Under the pieces are notes generated by a model. The model was not told the DNA's origin. It saw nothing but the letters and a program-made list of their open reading frames with translations, and did not search any database. This document shows positions 51,203 to 64,000 of a stretch of 64,000 nt of DNA, one piece after another. The stretch is from assembly GCF_963921235.1 (NCBI RefSeq), contig NC_086108.1, positions 5,952,001 to 6,016,000 on the forward strand, written 5' to 3'. The stretch is from Mobula hypostoma. Lineage: Eukaryota. Position 1 is the stretch's first letter; every line of letters starts with the position of its first letter. Position numbers and translations under genes: made by a program.

Positions 51203-52853
51203 ACACATAGACACATGTTAGTAGGGAAGTGGTGTTAGGTAAATTGAAGGGATTAAAAGCAGATAAATCCCCAAGGCCAGATGGTCTGCATCCCAGAGTG
51301 CTTAAGGAAGTAGCCCAAGAAATAGTGGATGCATTAGTGATAATTTTTCAAAACTCTTTAGATTCTGGACTAGTTCCTGAGGATTGGAGGGTGGCTAATG
51401 TAACCCCACTTTTTAAAAAAGGAGGGAGAGAGAAACCAGGGAATTATAGACTGGTTAGCCTAACATCAGTGGTGGGGAAACTGCTAGAGGCAGTTATCAA
51501 TGATGTGATAACAGAACATTTGGAAAGCGGTGAAATCATCGGACAAAGTCAGCATGGATTTGTGAAAGGAAAATCATGTCTGACGAATCTCATAGAATTT
51601 TTTGAGGATGTAACTAGTAGAGTGGATAGGGGAGAACCAGTGGATGTGGTATATTTGGATTTTCAAAAGGCTTTTGACAAGGTCCCACACAGGAGATCAG
51701 TGTGCTAACTTAAAGCACACGGTATTGGGGGTAAGGTATTGATGTGGATAGAGAATGGGTTGGCAGACAGGAAGCAAAGAGTGGGAATAAACGGGACCTT
51801 TTCAGAATGGCAGGCAGTGACTAGTGGGGTACAGCAAGGCTCAGTGCTGGGACCCCAGTTGCTTACAATATATATTAATGACTTGGATGAGGGAATTAAA
51901 TGCAGCATCTCCAAGTTTGCGGATGACACGAAGCTGGGTGGCAGTGTTAGCTGTGAGGAGGATGCTAAGAGGATGCAGGGTGACTTGGATAGGTTAGATG
52001 AGTGGGCAAATTTATGGCAGATGCAATTTAATGTGGATAAATGTGAAGTTATCCACTTTGGTGGCAAAAATAGGAAAACAGATTATTATCTGAATGGTGG
52101 CCGATTAGGAAAAGGGGAGGTGCAACGAGACCTGGGTGTCATTATACACCAGTCATTGAAAGTGGGCATGCAGGTACAGCAGGTGGTGAAAAAGGCGAAT
52201 GGTATGCTGGCATTTATAGCAAGAGGATTCCAGTACAGGAGCAGGGAGGTACTACTGCAGTTGTACAAGGCCTTGGTGAGACCACACCTGGAGTATTGTG
52301 TGCAGTTTTGGTCCCCGAATCTGAGGAAAGACATCCTTGCCATAGAGGGAGTACAAAGAAGGTTCACCAGATTGATTCCTGGGATGGCAGGACTTTCATA
52401 TGATGAAAGACTGGATGAACTAGGCTTATACTCGTTGGAATTTAGAAGATTGAGAGGGGATCTGATTGAAACGTATAAAATCCTAAAGGGATTGGACAGG
52501 CTAGATGCAGGAAGATTGTTCCCGATGTTGGGGAAGTCCAGAACGAGGGGTCACAGTTTGAGGATAAAGGGGAAGCCTTTTAGGACCGAGATTAGGAAAA
52601 ACTTCTTCACACAGAGAGTGGTGAATCTGTGGAATTCTCTGCCACAGCAAACAGTTGAGGCCAGTTCATTGGCTATATTTAAGAGGGAGTTAGATATGGC
52701 CCTTGTGGCTAAAGGGATCAGGGGGTATGGAGGGAAGGCTGGTACAGGGTTCTGAGTTGGATGATCAGCCATGATCATACTGAATGGCGGTGCAGGCTCG
52801 AAGGGCCGAATGGCCTACTCCTGCACCTATTTTCTATGTTTCTATGTTTCTAT
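51203..52853 (+). mobile_element. Young 5'-truncated CR1 nested inside the 49070-55090 CR1
   Basis: Near-identical to 7750-9370; (tttctatg)n tail is followed at once by resumption of the host ORF2 (REELAKVDW). Confidence 0.92.
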
Positions 52854-53648
52854 GAGGGAGGAGCTGGCAAAAGTTGACTGGAAAGATACCCTAGCAGGGA
52901 TGACAATGGAACAACAATGGCAGGTATTTCTGCGAATAGTACAGAAGGTGCAGGATCAGTTCATTCCAAAGAGGAAGAATGGTTCTAAGGGGAGTAAGGG
53001 GCGACCATGGATGACAAGGGAAGTTAAGGACAGTATAAAAATAAAAGAGAGGAAGTATAACATAGCAAGGATGAGTGGGAAGCCAGAGGATTGGGAGACT
53101 TTTAAGGAGCAACAGAAGCTAACTAAAAAGGCAATACGGGGAGAAAAGATGACGTACAAAGATAAGGTAGCCAAAAATATAAAGGAGGATAGTAAAAGCT
53201 TCTTTAGGTATGTGAAGAGGAAAAAATTAGTTAAGACCAAAGTTGGGCCCTTGAAGACAGAAACGGGTGAAGTTATTATGGGGAACAAGGAAATGGCAGA
53301 CGAGCTAAACAGGTACTTTGGATCTGTCTTCACTAGGGAAGGCACAAACGATCTCCCAGTTGTAATAGTGGCCAGAGGACCTAGGGTAACAGAGGACTGA
53401 AGGAGATTTGCATCAGGCACAAAATGGTGTTGGGTAAACTGATGGGACTGAAGACTGATAAGTCCCCAGGGTCTGATGGTCTCCATCCCAGGATACTTAA
53501 GGAGGTGGCTTTAGAAATTGTGGACGCATTGGTAATCATTTTCTAATGTTCTATGGATTCAGGATCAGTTCCTGCGGATTGGAGCATAGCTAATGTTATC
53601 CCACTTTTTAAGAAAGGAGGGAGAGAGAAAACAGGCAATTATAGACCA

Positions 53649-53743
53649 AACAACAGGAATTCTGCAGATGCTGGAAATTCAAGCAACACACATCAAAGTT
53701 GCTGCCTGGCCTGCTGCGTTCACCAGCAACTTTGATGTGTGTT
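53649..53743. mobile_element. Mini Penelope-like fold-back insertion in CR1
   Basis: 14-bp TSD gcaattatagacca (53635-53648, 53744-53757); inverted arms gcaacacacatcaaagttgctg / cagcaactttgatgtgtgttgc. Confidence 0.85.
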
Positions 53744-55096
53744 GCAATTATAGACCAGTTAGTCTGACATCAGTGGTGGGGAAGATGCTGGAATCAATTA
53801 TAAAAGATGTAATAGCGGCATATCTGGATAGCAGTGGCAGGATGGGTCCAAGTCAGCATGGTTTAAGAAGGGGAAGTCATGCTTGACTAATCTTCTGGGG
53901 TTTGTTGAGAATGTGACTATGAAAATGGACATGGGAAAGCCAGTGGATGTAGCGTACCTGGACTTTCAGAAAGCCTTTGATAAGGTCCCACATAGGAGGC
54001 TAGTATGCAAAATTAGAGCAAATGGTATTGGGGGTAGGGTACTGACATGGATAGAAAATTGGTTGGCAGACAGGAAACAAAGAGTAGGGATTAATGGGTC
54101 CTTTTCAGAATGGCAGGCAGTGACTAGTGGGGTACCGCAAGGCTCAGTGCTGGGACCGCAGCTACTTACAATATACATTAATGATTTAGGTGAAGGGATT
54201 AAAAGTAACATGAGCAAATTTGCAGATGACACAAAGTTGGGTGGCAGTGTGAAACGTGAGGAGGATGTTATGAGAATGCACGGTGACTTGGACAGATTGG
54301 GTGAGTGGGCAGATGCAAGAACAGGAAGGCAGATTACTATCTGAATGGTGGCAAGTTAGGAAAAGGGGAAGTACAATGAGATCTAGGTGTTCATCAGTCA
54401 CTGAAAATAAGCATGCAGGTACAGCAGGCAGTGAAAAAAGCTAATGGCATGCTGGTCTTCATAACAAGGGGAATTGGGTATAGGAGAAAAGAGGTCCTTC
54501 TGCAATTGTACGGGGCCCTGGTGAGACCACACCTAGGATATTGTGTACAGTTTTGGTCTCCAAATTTGAGGAAGGACATTCTAGCTATTGAGGGAGTGCA
54601 GCGTAGGTTCACGAGGTTAATTCCCGGGATGGCGGGACTGTCATATGTTGAAAGATTGGAGCGACTGGGGTTGTATACACTGGAATTTAGAAGGATAAGA
54701 GGGGATCGGATTGAAACATATAAGATTATTAAGGGATTGGACATGCTAGAGGCAGGAAACATGTTCCCGATGTTGGGGGAGCCCAGAACCAGAGGCCACA
54801 GTTTAAGAATAAGGGGTAGACCATTTAGAACAGAGTTGAGGAAAACGTTTTCACATAGAGGGTTGTGGATCTGTGGAATGCTCTGCCTCAGAAGGCAGTG
54901 GAGACCAATTCTCTGGATTCTTTCAAAAAAGAGTTAGATAGAGCTCCTAAAGATAGTGGAGTGAAGGGATATGTTGAGAAGGCAGGAAAAAGGGTACTAA
55001 TTGTGGGTGATCAGCCATGATCACAGTGAATGGTGGTGCTGGCTCGAACGGCTGAATGGCATACTCCTGCACCTATTGTCTATTGTCTATAACAAA

Positions 55097-55610
55097 TGTC
55101 GGTTGCCCTTCATGTCCTAAGATGATAGGAAACCTGTGGGGGAGAGTTTTTGAAGTGCAAAAGCTGTTGCACTGAGGCAGTTCCACTCTGTTGACCTCTG
55201 AAGTCCAGGTTCAGTGGTACGAACAAGCATCACAAACTGGGGCCTTCCTTGGTTGCAGTGGATGACCAGGACATTTTCTGTGCCTTATCATGCCCTTCGC
55301 TCTCTGTGGAGTGTTGTGATACCACCTTCCTGGCCATTGGATCTCGCTGTAGATCTTATCCACCCAGTCCGCCCCAGCTAGGACCAGCATGCTCCCTCTT
55401 TCACTGGGGTATGAGGCCGCCGGCTCCCCTCAGCTGGTTCAGCTCGCCTGTTGAAGTGGTGTAGCAGGTTTAGCCACTGTCGCATACAAACAGCTACTTG
55501 GAGCCACAGGTGAGAGCTGTGTGTCCAGTGGGGACTAAAGTTGAGTGACCTGCTCCAGACACGACAAGCCCCTCACCCAGGACGCTACCCCTCCCTGAAC
55601 ACCCCATACA
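55097..55610. repeat. Non-coding repeat (probably RTE-related); second copy at ~60375-60780
   Basis: Shared aagctgttgcactg..cacaaactgggg.cttccttggttgcagtggatgacc..gagccac.ggtgagag. Confidence 0.7.
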
Positions 55611-55968
55611 CTCCAACATAAGTACTAATATCACAATAACAACTGACTGGAAAGAATCTTGCTTACAGTGTCTGCCCTAAACTAGGAAGAAATGATTTTC
55701 TTTTGGCTTCTGGCAAGAGTGCTAACTCTTACCTACACTCAGAAATGTGAACCGAAAAGGTCCTGTATTTCCTTAGAGTAGGAGATGTTCTTCAGGTGTT
55801 TGCCAGTTGAATTTGGGTGCTTGTCTGCAGTTGATGGCTGTCCATCTGTTTTCTAAACTAAATGTTCAGCTTAGTTCAATTCAGTTTAGTTGAATTTAAT
55901 GCTCTGTCATTCACTCTCAGAGAGACAGTCTCTTCTGATCAAAATTGCACAAAATAGCAATAAGATAA

Positions 55969-56184
<216 letters not shown>

Positions 56185-56334
56185 TAATAGGGGTATAAAC
56201 TTGCCCTGATTGAATATGTTTATGGGTGGATTATTGAGAAAGACATTGCTAGAATAAAGTTGAATGAATTATTCCATATCGAGGCTGACAACCAAAAGGA
56301 AAAACTTCCATTCATATTGGCACTTTTCGTGACC

Positions 56335-59040
56335 TCTAGATGTCCCAAACCAAGCATATCAAGACTACCACTGTGAGAAGTACATCCAGCTGCAGCTTCC
56401 AACAATCCACCTTAAAGAGTTGGAGCTAGAATTGGATGAACTCTGAATCGTTCAGCAGGCTGACGGGGTGATAGCTAAGACATATAGAGAGATAGTTACA
56501 CCCAAGGTGCAGGACACAGAAGAGTGGGTAAGTGGAAGGGGAAGGGGATTAAGGAGTCAGTGCAGAGTGACATTCCCCTCAATAACAGGTATTTTACTGA
56601 GGATACTGTTGGGGGGGTGGTGACCTAACAGAGGAAAGTCATAATTATTGGGTCTCTGGCTCTGTGTGTCAGAAGGGAAGGGGGGAGAAGAGGCACGCTG
56701 TGGTGACTGGGAATTCGTTAGTAAGGGGAATGGACAGGAGGTTCTGTGGGTGAGGATGAGATTCCTGGATGGTATGTTGCCTTCCTGGTGCCAGGGTCCT
56801 AGACATCTCGGACCAAGTCCTCAGCATTAAGTTGGAGGGTGAACAGCCAGAAGTCATTCGTGTAGGTGCCAATGATATGGGTAGGGCGAATGACAAGATT
56901 CTGCATGGGGAGTTTAGGGATTTAGGTGTTAAGTTAAAGGGCAGGACCTCCAGGGTTGTGATCTCAGGATCGCTACCCATACCACACGTTAGCGAGGCCA
57001 GAATTGCGAAGATTCTACAGTTTAATATACGGATAAGGATTTGGTGCAGGAGGGAGGACATAAGATTTTTGGACCATTGGGTTCTCTTCCAGGAAAGGTG
57101 TGACCTGTACAGATGGGACGATTTGCAACTGAACTGGAGGGGGACTAATATCCCAGCAGGAAGGTTTGTTAACGCTGCACCATGAGGTTTAAGCTAGGGT
57201 TGCAGGAGGATGGGAACCAGTGTGCAGAACAGTTAGTGGAGAGGTTCTGGAAGCAGATTTTGGTTTGACCTCAGACAAATTCAGGAATCAAAAGGTTGAG
57301 CATGGTGTGACTGATGTCCTGAGCTGCAAGAAGTATCGTAGGAGAGGTGGATGATAGAGCTGAAGAAGAGGTAGCTGACTTACAAACAGAGGCAAAGTGT
57401 AGTGAGGTCCGGCTGTTGATAGGGCAAAACCACAGTCAACAGGATGAGTTGCGATGCAAAAGGCGGACAAAATCGAATAGAAGACCGAAAGTGTTATATT
57501 TCAATACGTGCTGTATATGGAACAAGGTTGATGAACTTGCAGCACAGTTGCAGATTGACATGTATGATGTAGGCAGCAATGAATCATAGCTGAAAGAAGA
57601 CTGTAGCTGGGTGCGTCAAGTTCAGGGATACACATTGTATTGAAAGGACAGGTAGAAAGGCAGAGGGGGTGGCGTTGCTCTGTTTGTAATAAAATAAAAT
57701 AAAATCATTAGAAAAAGGTGACAAAAGGTTGAAAAGTGTTGAAAAATTGTGGACAGAGCTAAGGAATTGCAAGGGTAAAAAGACCCTGATGGGACTTGCA
57801 TACAGTACCCCAAATAGTAGTAAGGATATGGTCTACAAATAACAGCGGGAGGTAAGGACAATGTTACATTAGTCATGGGGGATTTCAATATACAGGTAGA
57901 TTTGGAAAATCGGGTTGGTGCTGGATTCCGGGAGGGGGAATTTCGAGAGTGCCTACAAGATGGCCTTTTTGAGCAGCTGATAGTTGAGCCCACTAGGGGA
58001 TCAGCTATTCTCGATTGAGTGTTGTGCAATGAACCAGAATTAATTAGGTAGAGCTTAAGGTAAAAGAACCCTAAGGGCCAAGTGATCATAATATGATCGA
58101 ATGCACCCTGAAATTTGAGAAGGAGAAGTTAAAGTCAGATGTATCAGTAATACAGTGGAGTAAAGGGAATTACAGAGACATGAGAGTGGAGTTGGCCAGA
58201 ATTCATTGGAAAAGAACACTGGCAGGGATGACAGCAGAGCGGCAATGGCTGGAATTTCTGGAAGCAATTCAAAAGGCACAGGATGTATACATCCCAGGAA
58301 GGAAGAAGTATTCTATTGGAAAGATGACATAACCGTGGCTAACAAGAGAAGTCAAAGCCAACATAAAAGCTAAAAAAGTGCATATAATAGAGCAAAAATT
58401 AGTGGGAAGGTAGAGGATTGGGAATCTTGAAAACCAACTGAAGGCAACTAAAGAAGTCATTAAGAAGGTAAAGATGGAATACAAATGTAAGCTAGCCAGT
58501 AATATTAAAGAGGATACCAAAAGTTTCTTCAGATACATAAAGTGTAAAAGAGAAGTGAGAGTGGATAATAGACAGCTGGAAAACGACGCTGGAGAGGTAG
58601 TGATGGGAGACAAGGAAATGGAGGATGAACTGAAAAGAATTTTGCATCAGTCTTCACTGTGGAAGACACTAGCAGTATGGTGGAAATTCCTTATGTCAGG
58701 GATCATGGAGTGTGTGAAGTTCTTGGGAAACAGAAAAGTCTGAAGGTAGATAAGTCAACTGAACCAGATGGTGGACACCCCAGGGTTCTGAAAGAAGTGG
58801 CCAAAGAGACTGTGAAGGCATTGGTATTGATCTTTCAAGAATCACTAGATTCTGGAATGATTCCACAAGATTGGAAAATGTCACTGCACTCTTCAAGAAA
58901 GGAAACTATAGTCTGACCTCAGTGGTTGGGAAGATGTTGGAGTCGATTCTTAAGGATGAGGTCTGAGGGTACTTGGAGGCATATGATAAATAAGCCATGG
59001 TCAACATGGTTTCCTCAAGGGAAAATCTTCCTTGACAAAT
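56335..59040 (+). mobile_element. Old degraded CR1 (ORF1 esterase, APE, part of RT) in an ALKBH6 intron
   Basis: VCCLPGARV..GAND..ISGSLP; decayed APE and RT motifs. Confidence 0.88.
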
Positions 59041-61783
59041 CACTAAGGACCCCATCACCCAGGACAGGCCCTGTTCTCATTGCTACCATCAGGGAGGAGG
59101 TGCTTAACAATTCAGGAACAGTTTCGTCCCCTCTGCCATCCAGTTTCAGAATAGACATTGAACCCATGAACACTACATCACTACTCTTTTCTCTCTTTGC
59201 ACAACTGATTTCATTTAACTTTTTACATATATACTTGCTGTAAATTACAGTTTTTATTATTATGTATTGCATTGTACTGCTGATGCATGACAGTAAATTT
59301 CACGACATATGCCAGTGATATTAATTCTGATTCTGGTTTAAACAGAAATCTAGCATCTATTCATTTCCATTTCCATGCTTTTGTGTTTGATTAACACAAC
59401 CTTTATGTTTCTCCATTAGTTTCTGTTGTGCTTTCTTTCCTCTGCACTTCCTGGTCTCTCGTTTGTATCACTCGTATTCACTAGTTCATTCTCTGTTTCA
59501 TTTTTATGTATCCTCTTCACAATCTTCCCCTTCAATGTACGTGTGAGAAATAAAGATAATCTCGATTGTTTAGTTATGGTTAAATTGGAGGTTGACAGGT
59601 TATTGATTAGTCAGGGCGTGAAAAGTTACAGGAGAAAGCAGGATAAAGTGGTTGAGAGGGATAATAAATCAGCCGTGATGTAATGTAAAGCTAACATGAT
59701 GGGCTGATTGGCCTTATTCTGCACTGATGTCAAATACTGTTTTATTTCAGCTTCCTCTCCCTTAGCTTAATTGTAGTCAATGGGATATAAAGAGGCGATG
59801 CAAATATAAATTACTACTGTATTTCTTTTACAGCACTGTCTTTCCTGTTTTCTTCTCTTTACTGCTCTTTCTCCTTTATATTCAAAGATTCATTTATTGT
59901 CAGAGTATGTATGCGGTATACAATTCTGAAATTCTTCTCCTCTGGATGGCCACGAATCAAAGTAAACCTTGGAAGTCATTCAAAGAGAAATAGCAACTCC
60001 TCCCCCCCCCCAACCGCACAACAAGCACAGCAACACAATCATTAACTCCCAAAGCCCCCTTCACTGCACAATATGTCAGAAGTATACTGGACCCCAAATA
60101 TCCCTCTTCCCGCATGAAAAGATAAACAAAATCTCAACAAGGACATTTTGCCTTAAATCCCTTCTCCCTGCACATAAAAAAACCGAGAAAGAACAGGCAG
60201 AAACATGGAGTATAAAACTCTGTAAGACTGAAAAAAGTCCATAGGCCAAACTCATATCTATATCCATATCAATAAACGCAAAAAGCCTCAGTGACCTCCT
60301 CTGGGCACAGCGACAGTGATATATTTTACCACAGCCACCCCTTTCTCCTACTCACTACTATCTTCTGGGTTAGTGCTGAGTGGTGTTTGTCCATTGATGA
60401 CTGGAGATCTGTATGAGAGTTTTCTATAAACTGGGAAAGCTGTTGCACTGGGGCAGTTCTACTCTCAACTTTGGAAGTCGGGGTCCAGTGGCATGAACAA
60501 GTGTCACAAACTGGGGTCTTCCTTGGTTGCAGTGGATGACCATGATGTCTTCTGTGCCTTGTCATGCCTTTTGCTCTGCACAGACCATTGCAGAATGGCC
60601 TTCCTGGTTGTTGGACCTCACTGTAGATCTCATCCAACCAGTCCACTTGAGCTGTCTTCACATGCGAGGACAGGCACATCCCTATTCCATCGGGGTATGA
60701 GTCCCGCCGGCTACCCTAACCTGCTTTAGCCCGTCTGTTGAAGCTACTTGGAGCCACGGGTGAGAGCAGAGTGTGCGGTGTGCATGGTTTTCTAATAAAT
60801 AGTTCCTAATACAGGGATATATTTTATATATAATATATATTTATTTATATCTAAATTCATGTAAAATCAAAGAGGGCAGATTATTGTTATTTGTTAAATG
60901 TATATCGAGACATACAGTGAAATATGTTTATGTCGATGACCAACTATGTGCTGGGGGCAGCCCACAAGTGTCACCATACTTCTGGTGCCAATATAGCATC
61001 CCCACATCTTACTAACTGTAACCTGCACAGCTTTGAAATGTGGGAGGAAACCCACGTGGTCAACGTACAAACTCCATGTGCTGGGTGGCGATGACATTAC
61101 ATGCCCACTGTTGTAACTATGAACAAAGTCACTGGAAAAGACACTGAAGTGGTGGATATGGAAGCCTTTATTCTAGCAAACCGAGTATGCAGTCATCATA
61201 TTTGAGAAGTCTTGGAAGAAGAGACCTCTTTGACCCAATATTACACAACATTTTTATATGCTAAAGAGCAAAGGTAACAGCAGAACAATTCTATAGTTAC
61301 AATGTGTCTACAATGCTTCCTTTCAATTACATACTTTTTTCAAACTCCTCCTTCTTCGTACCCTTACTCCAGACACCCAAAATGACCCTGGGCTGCATTC
61401 ATGCAGATGCTGGCACCTGAGTTCAAGTAGAATGTTCCTTTGTTTGTGATTGAGCCCAATCTGCAGCTCCAGGAAGCCCATTATTCTGAGCTGTTTTAAA
61501 TTCAATCTGCAATCCACATTCAAATCTGAAAATTGGTTGCTAGTGAAATTAATATTTGCTATATATCCTAACTGCAGAATACACCCTAACACCCACAACT
61601 CACTAACCCCAACCTGGACGTCGTTGAACTGTGGGGGGAAACCCATGTGGTCAATGTAGAAACTCCTTACAGACAGCAGCAGGAATTGCTGGGGCTGTGA
61701 AGCGTTACACTAACTGTGCCAAATAGCCTAGATTTTATTACTGAGTTGTTGTGTGAAACCAGTTTTTGTTTTTGTCCTTGTAG

Positions 61784-61930
<147 letters not shown>

Positions 61931-62125
61931 TGAACAGTAGTTTTGATGAACTGTCGATGCCTTTGTTGGGGCAAGTTGGGGGAAGGGGAGGGTTGATGAT
62001 TTTGCTGCTGCTTGTTTGGGGGAGGGAGGCTTTGGGGTTCTAACGTTTTCTGTCAATCATTCTTTGCATTTTTCTGTTTTGTCGATGTCTGTGAGAGTAA
62101 GAATTTCAGGTTGTATACTGTATAC

Positions 62126-62869
62126 CAGCAGTCCCCAATCACCGGGCCGCAAAGCATGTGCTACCGGTCCGCGAGGAAACGATATGAGTCAGCTGCACCT
62201 TTCCTCATTCCCTGCCACGCACTGTTGAACTTGAACATAGGCTTGCCAACTGTCCCGTATTTGCTGGGACATCCTGTATATTGGGCTGAATTTGGTTTGT
62301 CCTATACAGGACCGTCCTTGTCCCGTATTTCCCCCGCTAAGGTAGAGCATTCCTATGAAACCGTTCGTGCCGAAATGGCGTAAAGCGAAGGAGCAATTAC
62401 CATTAATTTATATGGGAAAATTTTTTGAGCATTCCCAGACCCAAAAAATAACCTACCAAATAACACATAGAACCGAAAATAACACTAACATATAGTAAAA
62501 GCAGGAATGATATGATAAATACACAGCCTATATAAAGTAGAAATAATGTATGTAGAGTATAGTCAGGAAGATTAAGCCAAAACCGAGTTGTAGAAAAAAA
62601 ATTGGTACGTACGCGCATGCTGACACAGGTGCCCGTGCAAGGCTTCATGGTCATGGTAGTCCATCCTGGGGTAAACACAAATGTATGGGATTTGACTGCT
62701 ACTTTTGTCCCTTATTTGGGAATGAGAAAGTTGGCAACCCTAACTGTAAAAGACATGTTGAGGTGAGCTTAACCCTACTTGAACACCCTCCTCCCCCCGG
62801 TCGGCCGGTCCGCAAGAATATTGTCAATATTAAACCGGTCCGCGACGCAAAAAAGGTTGGGGACCCCTA
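62126..62869. mobile_element. hAT-Charlie-like MITE containing an internal TAGGGTTGCCA-ended element (62238-62742)
   Basis: TIRs cagcagtccccaa / ttggggaccccta; perfect 8-bp TSD ctgtatac (62118-62125, 62870-62877); inner TIRs taggcttgccaact / agttggcaacccta. Confidence 0.9.
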
Positions 62870-63264
62870 CTGTATACATTCTGTGATATTAAATTGAACC
62901 ATTGAACCATAACTCTTTTAAACATTAATGGATTTCTAGCTTAAACAGAACAACCGCCCATCTCACTGTTGCCTTGGGAACATCTGATGTTTTTCTGTGT
63001 GACCAAATAGGGAAGTATCATCATTTTAAGTGTTAAATGTGTTTAAAGAATACTTAATAAAGAATATTATAATGGCAAATTCAATACACAGGTAATAAAC
63101 ATCATGTTGATTACAATGTGAGATTTTAATAACACAGTGGTTTGAACATACCTGTGCTTCCTAAATAACTGACACAAGATATAAGATTTTTTTAATATAA
63201 TGTAGATTCAGAAAATCGGGGCCATATCAGCAGATTAAAGATTTGTGGTTTTTTTTTTGCTCCA

Positions 63265-63500
63265 TTTACATCGAAGCATAGTGAAATATGTCTTTTGCCT
63301 CAATGACCATAGCAGTCAGTGGATGAGCTAACACCCACACCTCACGAACCCTAACCTGTATGTCTTTGGTTTGTGGGAGGAAACCAGAGCACCTGGAGGA
63401 AACCCATGTGACTACAGGGAGAATGTCCAAACTCACTGCAGACAGCGGTGGGAAATGAAGCAGGTCACTGGTGCAGTAATAGCATTATACTGTTGTGCTA
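63265..63500 (-). repeat. V-SINE-like fragment (others at ~35150-35330, 47330-47455, 60900-61100, 61580-61720)
   Basis: Minus-strand gggtttcctccaggtgctctggtttcctcccaca core. Confidence 0.65.
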
Positions 63501-63644
63501 CATATTAATGATCCTGAGGATGTCAACCTCTGATTACTGACCAGAGCCATTTCTACACTCAGTCTGGGATTGCTGACTCAGGGGCACTGTTATGTGTGCT
63601 GCCTCACTGGTGCTGTTGCCTAGTGACCTGATGCCCTTCTGAGA

Positions 63645-64000
63645 CAATTCATCAGTTTGGACGTCAGATGATGTCAGGACACTGATACAATAATCAACAA
63701 TCTTGTGAAGAAAGCTTTTGGCAAATTGATTTATGAAGGCCAATGTATTGGGTACAAGAGATGGGCTGTTATGTTGAAGTTGTACAAGATGTTGGTGAGG
63801 CCTAATTTGGAGTAATGTGTGCAGTTCTCATCACCTAACTACAGGAATGATGTAAACAAGGTGAAAGAGTACAGAGAATATTTACAATGATGTTGCCAGG
63901 TCTGGAGGACCTGAGATATAAGGAAAGGTTGAACAATAAGGAAGATAAGAACTGTATTCTTTAGAAACATAAAAGACTGAGAAGAGATTTGATAGAGGCA
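63645..64000 (+). mobile_element. Degraded CR1 C-terminal fragment (runs off window)
   Basis: ttgtacaagatgttggtgaggcctaatttggag..gtgcagttct. Confidence 0.8.

Larger units (their letters stand above)
49070..55090 (+). mobile_element. Near-full-length CR1 (ORF1 ~49380-50298; ORF2 50490-51200 + 52853-55000) interrupted by nested insertions
   Basis: ORF1 CAAC..CGKC and esterase motifs (HVGTND, DGLHLN); APE motifs; RT; (ctattgt) tail at 55072-55090. Confidence 0.9.

Noticed and set aside
61150..61205. AFILANRVCSHHI* faintly resembles AF..ANHVLVN
   Set aside because: Too few identities, in-frame stop and no fitting splice sites

Overview
Vertebrate genomic DNA that is mostly nested transposon debris; the repeat set suggests a cartilaginous fish, probably a ray (inference). 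CR1 LINEs dominate, including two near-full-length copies with a zinc-finger/SGNH-esterase ORF1 and an APE-RT ORF2. Also present are Rex1/Babar- or L2-like and RTE LINEs, a HERO-type RLE fragment, Penelope-like terminal repeats with decayed hammerhead motifs, hAT and Tc1/mariner DNA transposons, a solo LTR with an intact TSD, and SINEs. Three short + strand exons of a host gene, ALKBH6 (47650-47718, 56107-56167, 61784-61894), are not called by the ORF track. The expected exon between the last two, and the first coding exon, could not be found, so the visible exons do not splice in frame. I found no clear new multi-gene system. The best leads are the apparently missing ALKBH6 exon and several ribozyme-like RNA structures at retroelement ends. 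Repeat boundaries without a stated TSD are approximate.
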